From: Thermodesulfobacterium commune DSM 2178
GTDB taxonomy: Bacteria > Desulfobacterota > Thermodesulfobacteria > Thermodesulfobacteriales > Thermodesulfobacteriaceae
Assembly (NCBI RefSeq): GCF_000734015.1
Contig: NZ_CP008796.1
Coordinates: 1,230,001-1,262,000, forward strand
Direction of reading: 5' to 3'
DNA length: 32,000 nt
In this document: positions 26,423 through 32,000 of the stretch, one piece after another
How the letters are laid out: the number at the start of each line of letters is the position of its first letter
Numbering within the stretch: the stretch's first letter is position 1
Position numbers and translations under genes: made by a program
Notes under the pieces: model-generated
Seen by the model: the letters and a program-made list of their open reading frames with translations, nothing else
Database searches by the model: none
What the model was told of the DNA's origin: nothing

Positions 26423-27063
26423 TAATTCTTTTTAAAAACAAGCTTATTTAGGATAACCTCCTGGGTACCTTCTTTTTCTTTTAGTTTTCTTATGCTGGTT
26501 AACACCTCAAAATGTTCTTGAGCTTTATACAGAAAAGGTACTAACAGTCTTTTTCTATCGCCGCTATGAGCAAGAATTACCTCCCCTTGGTCTACCAGTA
26601 GATTTTTAAAAAGTTCTAAAAGAGGGTCAAAAAGGCTTTTTCGAAAAACTATCTCAGCTCCTAATATCACATCAAATTTTTCTTTAAGGTTTACTGTTCT
26701 CCAGTCTAACACCTGAGTTCTTATAGAAAGGCCATTTTCTTTAGCAGAAAGTTCTAAAAATTTTAAAGGGACTTCATCATAATCTGTGGCTAACACCTCA
26801 TGCCCGAAACCTGCAGCTACCAGGCTAACCACCCCAAGCCCAGCCCCAAGCTCCAAAATTTTTTTAGAGGGACTTAACCCTGCCACATAATCTGCCAACA
26901 CTAAGCTTGCTTCCCATACCTTAAACCAAAGAGGAAACTTCTCTACCTCTAAAAAGGGATCACCCTCAAAAATTTCTTCAAGTTTGGCTGGTCTTATTAT
27001 TTTAAATGTCTTGTCTCTAACCGTGATTTTCTCAGTTTCTAAGGTAAGAGTATCAATTTGCAT
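26422..27063 (-). CDS. class I SAM-dependent methyltransferase, Methyltransf_16-like (seven-beta-strand protein-lysine methyltransferase-like)
   Basis: VWEASLVLADYV followed by ILELGAGLGVVSLVAAGFGHEVLATDY, then DVILGAEIVF. This is the pattern I associate with the FAM86/METTL21-type family. Its stop overlaps the prmC start (TAATG). Confidence 0.65.
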   Translation of the reverse strand: MQIDTLTLETEKITVRDKTFKIIRPAKLEEIFEGDPFLEVEKFPLWFKVWEASLVLADYVAGLSPSKKILELGAGLGVVSLVAAGFGHEVLATDYDEVPLKFLELSAKENGLSIRTQVLDWRTVNLKEKFDVILGAEIVFRKSLFDPLLELFKNLLVDQGEVILAHSGDRKRLLVPFLYKAQEHFEVLTSIRKLKEKEGTQEVILNKLVFKKN

Positions 27064-27093
27064 GGTTGATCTCCCTTATCCAAAATAATATTA

Positions 27094-28050
27094 TTAGAGA
27101 TAACGCTTTTTTCTAAAAAAAAGAAATAACAGAAACATGATAAAAAGAGTTATTAAATTCACAAACAGAAAGGCATAAGAGGTACCTTTAAAAGGTGGAA
27201 GCTCTTGGAAAGGAAGGGGTATATTCATTCCATACATGCTGTAGATGGTAGTAGGAATGGAAATGATGATAGCCATACTGGCTAAAAACTTCATGATAAG
27301 GTTAAGGTTGTTGTTTATGATAGAAGCATAGGCATCCATCGTACCAGAAACGATGTTTAAAAAGACTTTAGTCATCTCTATAGCTTGTCTGGTTTCTATT
27401 TGAAGGTCTTCTAAAACCTCCTGGTCTTCTTCAGTTAACCTTACATATCTTCCGCTCTGTATCTTAGTAAGCACTGTATCGTTGCCTTGCAGAGAGGTGT
27501 TAAAATAGGTTAAAGTTTTTTCTATGCTAAGCATCTTGATAATTTCTTCGTTTTCTATAGCCTTAAAAATTTCCTCCTCATATTCTTCAAGGGCCTTGTC
27601 TATGTTTCTCAAAAGTTTAATGTACAAAGAGGTAGCACTTAACATAAAATTAAGCAAAAAATTCACAGGATTTCTAAGGTCAAACGTCTTACTTTTATTG
27701 GCAAAGGTGATAAAGTCTTCAAAAATAGGATGGTCTTTAAGACAAACTGTGATGATATAATCGTCTGTCAAGATGATCCCTATAGGTATGGTTTCATACC
27801 TTACAAAAATTCCTTTGGAAATAATGTCTGGTACCCGTAAGATGATAAGAACCTGTTGTTCCTCTTTTTCAATCCTTGGCCTTTCCTCTTCATCAAGAGG
27901 ATATCTAAGAAACTCCGGAAAAATATGACACTTTTTCTCTAAATAAGACATCTCCTCTTCTAAAGGATTAAAAAGACAGATCCAGGTATGAGGAATAATA
28001 GACTCAGCCGGTAATAATATGCCATTTTCTGATTTATAAACTCTGAACAT
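27094..28050 (-). CDS. corA: CorA-family magnesium/cobalt transporter
   Basis: It has two C-terminal TM helices with the signature YGMN (IYSMYGMNIPLPF) and a basic C-terminal tail. Confidence 0.88.
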   Translation of the reverse strand: MFRVYKSENGILLPAESIIPHTWICLFNPLEEEMSYLEKKCHIFPEFLRYPLDEEERPRIEKEEQQVLIILRVPDIISKGIFVRYETIPIGIILTDDYIITVCLKDHPIFEDFITFANKSKTFDLRNPVNFLLNFMLSATSLYIKLLRNIDKALEEYEEEIFKAIENEEIIKMLSIEKTLTYFNTSLQGNDTVLTKIQSGRYVRLTEEDQEVLEDLQIETRQAIEMTKVFLNIVSGTMDAYASIINNNLNLIMKFLASMAIIISIPTTIYSMYGMNIPLPFQELPPFKGTSYAFLFVNLITLFIMFLLFLFFRKKRYL

Positions 28051-28071
28051 ATTTCTCCCTTAACACAACTA

Positions 28072-29283
28072 CTACCGCATTCCACCGATAACTTCACCAA
28101 GCTTAAAGATAGGTAGATAAAGGGCTACCAAAATACCACCTACTATCACACCTAAGATTACGATCAAAATAGGCTCTATCAAGGTAGAAAGGGTATTTAC
28201 CATCCTATCTACCTCTTCTTCAAAAAATCCTGCCACTTTATTAAGCATTTCTTCAAGTTTTCCCGACATTTCGCCTACCCTTACCATTTCTACCATAAAA
28301 AAAGGAAAAACTCCGGTTGCCATCATCGGGTCTGCGATAGACTGACCTGCAGAAACGTTAATCCTTACCTCTTCCATAGCCTTTTCTATAATTTTATTAC
28401 CTGAAGTTTCACCAGCTATCGTAAGAGCAGGAAGCAGCTGAACCCCACCCCCTACCAGGTTAGCTAAAGTTCTTGCAGTTCTCGCAACTGCCGCTTTCAA
28501 AAATAACTCTCCTAATAACGGTAGTTTTAATAAAAACTTATCGGTAACATATCTTCCTTGCTCGGATCTCCTATAAACTTTTATACCCAAGCTTAAACCT
28601 ATTCCTAAAAGGATTAAAAAAATCAGTATTTTCCCGAAGTTTTTACTGATGTTAATAACTATCTGAGTAGGCCATGGTAAAGCTTGGCCTGCACTTTCAT
28701 AAATCTCTGCAAACTTAGGAATAACAAAAAGCATGATAACAGAGATCACTATTATGGTCACTGCCACCACCACAGAAGGATAAATCATTGCATGTTTAAC
28801 TTTACTTTTTATCCCCACTATCTTTTCTATATAATCAGCCAGACGATTTAAAATCATGTCTAAATTACCGCTTGATTCTCCAGACCTTATCATCTGAATG
28901 TAAAGATTGTTAAAAATCTTAGGATAGTGAGCCATTGCCTCACTTAAGGCAACTCCTGTTTCTACTTTATATTTAATATCTCTTATAACCTCTTTAAAAT
29001 ACCTATTTCTTTGCTGTTCAGCCAAAATTTCAAGACATTTTACTATTGGGAGTCCTGCCTCTAAGACAACTGCAAACTGTCTGGTAAACCCCGCTAATTC
29101 CTTATCAGAAACGGATTTAAGTTTAAAAAATCTAAGGGAAGTTTGTTTTTTTTCGGTGATTTTTATCGGAGTAAGGTTGAGACGTCTTAGGTAAACCTCT
29201 ACCAGTTGAGGATTGGCAGCTTCTAAAACCCCCTTTCTTATCTCTCCGGTAACCGACCTTCCCTCCCATTCATATAAAGGCAT
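28072..29283 (-). CDS. pilC: type II secretion system F family / type IV pilus platform protein (PilC/GspF-like)
   Basis: 403 aa with two T2SSF repeats (LAGFTRQFAVVLEAGLPIVKCLEIL... and AARTARTLANLVGGGVQLLPALTI...) and three TM segments. No pilB, pilT or pilin genes are visible in the window. Confidence 0.8.
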   Translation of the reverse strand: MPLYEWEGRSVTGEIRKGVLEAANPQLVEVYLRRLNLTPIKITEKKQTSLRFFKLKSVSDKELAGFTRQFAVVLEAGLPIVKCLEILAEQQRNRYFKEVIRDIKYKVETGVALSEAMAHYPKIFNNLYIQMIRSGESSGNLDMILNRLADYIEKIVGIKSKVKHAMIYPSVVVAVTIIVISVIMLFVIPKFAEIYESAGQALPWPTQIVINISKNFGKILIFLILLGIGLSLGIKVYRRSEQGRYVTDKFLLKLPLLGELFLKAAVARTARTLANLVGGGVQLLPALTIAGETSGNKIIEKAMEEVRINVSAGQSIADPMMATGVFPFFMVEMVRVGEMSGKLEEMLNKVAGFFEEEVDRMVNTLSTLIEPILIVILGVIVGGILVALYLPIFKLGEVIGGMR

Positions 29284-29311
29284 CGTTTGCCTCTCTTAAT
29301 GCATTAAAAAC

Positions 29312-30796
<1,485 letters not shown>

Positions 30797-30816
30797 TTAG
30801 GAGATAAAAATTTTTA

Positions 30817-32000
30817 CTAATTATACCTCTCTATTAAAGAAAGTAAAGCGCCCTCTAAAATTCCATATACACTTAAGATAAGAAAATCCTTCTTAAAATA
30901 TTCTAACACAGACCAGCAAATAAGAGCCCCTGGAAGGGCGATGTCTTCCCTTCCTTTTTCCATCCCTTTTATCTTGGAAATCCTCTCAAGGTCAGAATTA
31001 GCTAATTTTTTGACTATTATTTCTATGCGATCTTTAGAAATTTTATGACCGTTTAACGAATAAGGAGAATAGATCTTTAGCTTTAAATCCAGAGCCCCTA
31101 AAAGACTCGCAGTCCCTCCGGTAAAAATTACGTAATCTACCTCTTCCTTAGGTAAATCAACCAATTTATCCGAAAGATATTCCATGATAGACTTAAAAAC
31201 CTTAGAATTTACCGGATACCTTAGTTGAAAAAGGTCCTTTAACCAAACCGCCCCTATGTCTAAACTTTTAATCCATTTAGGCGTTCCTTTTTCACTTAAA
31301 ACAAACTCCGTAGAACCTCCCCCTATGTCTACCACCAAGAATTTCTTGTCAACCAACCCTTGAGATTGTAATCCATACAGCACCCCTTTTAAAGAAAGTA
31401 AAACCTCTTCCTCTGGAGAAATCACCTCTATGGCTATACCTATTTTCTTAGCTTCCGTTAAAAACTCCTGAGCATTCTTAGCTTTTCTAAAAATTGCCGT
31501 ACCTACAGCCCTATAATCTTTTACCTCATAGGTTTCCATCAAATCTTTAAAATTTCTCAGGGTCTCAATCCCCTTTTTAAAAGCTTCCTCTGTAATTTCC
31601 TGGTTAGTCAAACCTTCTCCAAGCCTTACGTTTTCTCGGTTTCTTGTCAAAAAATATACCTGATCTTGTATTTTCTTTCCTAAACAAATTCTAAAGGTTT
31701 GAGTTCCCAGGTCTAAAGCCGCAAAAAAAGGAAGGTTTAACCTTTCTTTAAACTCTTTTCCCAGCTTAAAAATTACCCTCAGTTTATTTTTAACATAATA
31801 GCTTTGTTGGTTTTTAGGATTTTTAAAAATAAGTCCTTTATTTTTTTTTAGCTCAAAAACTCCAAAATCCCTAAACTCTATACGATTACCTTTTTTTATT
31901 TCTTCTTTTAAAGTTTCAAAAAAAAGCTCAACTATTATTTTTAAGTCTTCTTTCTCCAATTCTAAATCTGAAAACTTTAAGCTTAAACTTTCTATCAGAT
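30817..32000 (-). CDS. fusion protein: IHF/HU-like DNA-binding domain (31735-32000, N-terminus cut by the window edge) plus Ppx/GppA-family phosphatase domain (30817-31734)
   Basis: The track start (TTG at 31959) is internal. I checked that the frame stays open to nt 32000, giving ...LIESLSLKFSDLELEKEDLKIIVELFFETLKEEIKKGNRIEFRDFGVFELKKNKGLIFKNPKNQQSYYVKNKLRVIFKLGKEFKERLN. This parallels IHF/HU (ELIE.L, RIEIRGFGSF, GRNPKTG arm, F.PGKELK.R). It continues without a stop into ALDLGTQTFRICLG...VVDIGGGSTEF...IFTGGTASLL, the ASKHA Ppx/GppA motifs. Confidence 0.8.
   Translation of the reverse strand, partial: LIESLSLKFSDLELEKEDLKIIVELFFETLKEEIKKGNRIEFRDFGVFELKKNKGLIFKNPKNQQSYYVKNKLRVIFKLGKEFKERLNLPFFAALDLGTQTFRICLGKKIQDQVYFLTRNRENVRLGEGLTNQEITEEAFKKGIETLRNFKDLMETYEVKDYRAVGTAIFRKAKNAQEFLTEAKKIGIAIEVISPEEEVLLSLKGVLYGLQSQGLVDKKFLVVDIGGGSTEFVLSEKGTPKWIKSLDIGAVWLKDLFQLRYPVNSKVFKSIMEYLSDKLVDLPKEEVDYVIFTGGTASLLGALDLKLKIYSPYSLNGHKISKDRIEIIVKKLANSDLERISKIKGMEKGREDIALPGALICWSVLEYFKKDFLILSVYGILEGALLSLIERYN

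Noticed and set aside
28072-29283. pilC/gspF-like gene as the core of a secretion or pilus locus
   Set aside because: It is isolated between guaB and corA, with no ATPase, pilin, secretin or alignment-complex genes in the window. The likely explanation is a dispersed type IV pilus gene set rather than a novel system.

Overview
This 32 kb chromosomal window is moderately AT-rich and densely packed with housekeeping genes. The proteins are rich in K, E, I and L, which looks thermophile-like. A Thermodesulfobacteria- or Aquificae-like lineage is a low-confidence guess from protein style only. All calls come from reading the ORF translations for family motifs; no BLAST or HMM search was run.

Gene order:
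- proA (minus strand, cut by the left edge).
- An HDOD / coiled-coil / degenerate-GGDEF signalling protein, followed by tlyA.
- A ybhGFSR-like efflux operon: HlyD adaptor, fused double ABC ATPase and two ABC-2 permeases.
- uspA-like gene, then a hemX/ccsA-like gene and hemA.
- ssb (minus strand).
- A metallo-beta-lactamase-fold hydrolase gene split by an IS256-family insertion with an 8-9 bp target-site duplication.
- A SERCA-like P-type ATPase (minus strand).
- recA, heptose-7-phosphate kinase, eno, a pmbA/tldD-family gene and trpD.
- A minus-strand tRNA cluster: Gln(UUG), Ser(GCU), Thr(UGU).
- A variant rubredoxin and a CGGC-domain protein.
- A long minus-strand co-directional cluster: IHF/HU-like::Ppx/GppA fusion (cut by the right edge), guaB, pilC/gspF-like, corA, Methyltransf_16-like methyltransferase, prmC, murA and holB.

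I found no CRISPR array, no recognisable defence, toxin-antitoxin or secondary-metabolite locus, and no convincing novel multi-gene system. The items most worth a second look are single-gene oddities:
- the IHF-like::Ppx/GppA fusion;
- the HDOD protein whose GGDEF domain has lost its catalytic residues but keeps an RxxD site;
- the apparently recent IS256-family insertion;
- a 7-beta-strand lysine-methyltransferase-like gene translationally coupled to prmC;
- a rubredoxin with a CxxCxxxxC first knuckle next to a CGGC-domain gene.
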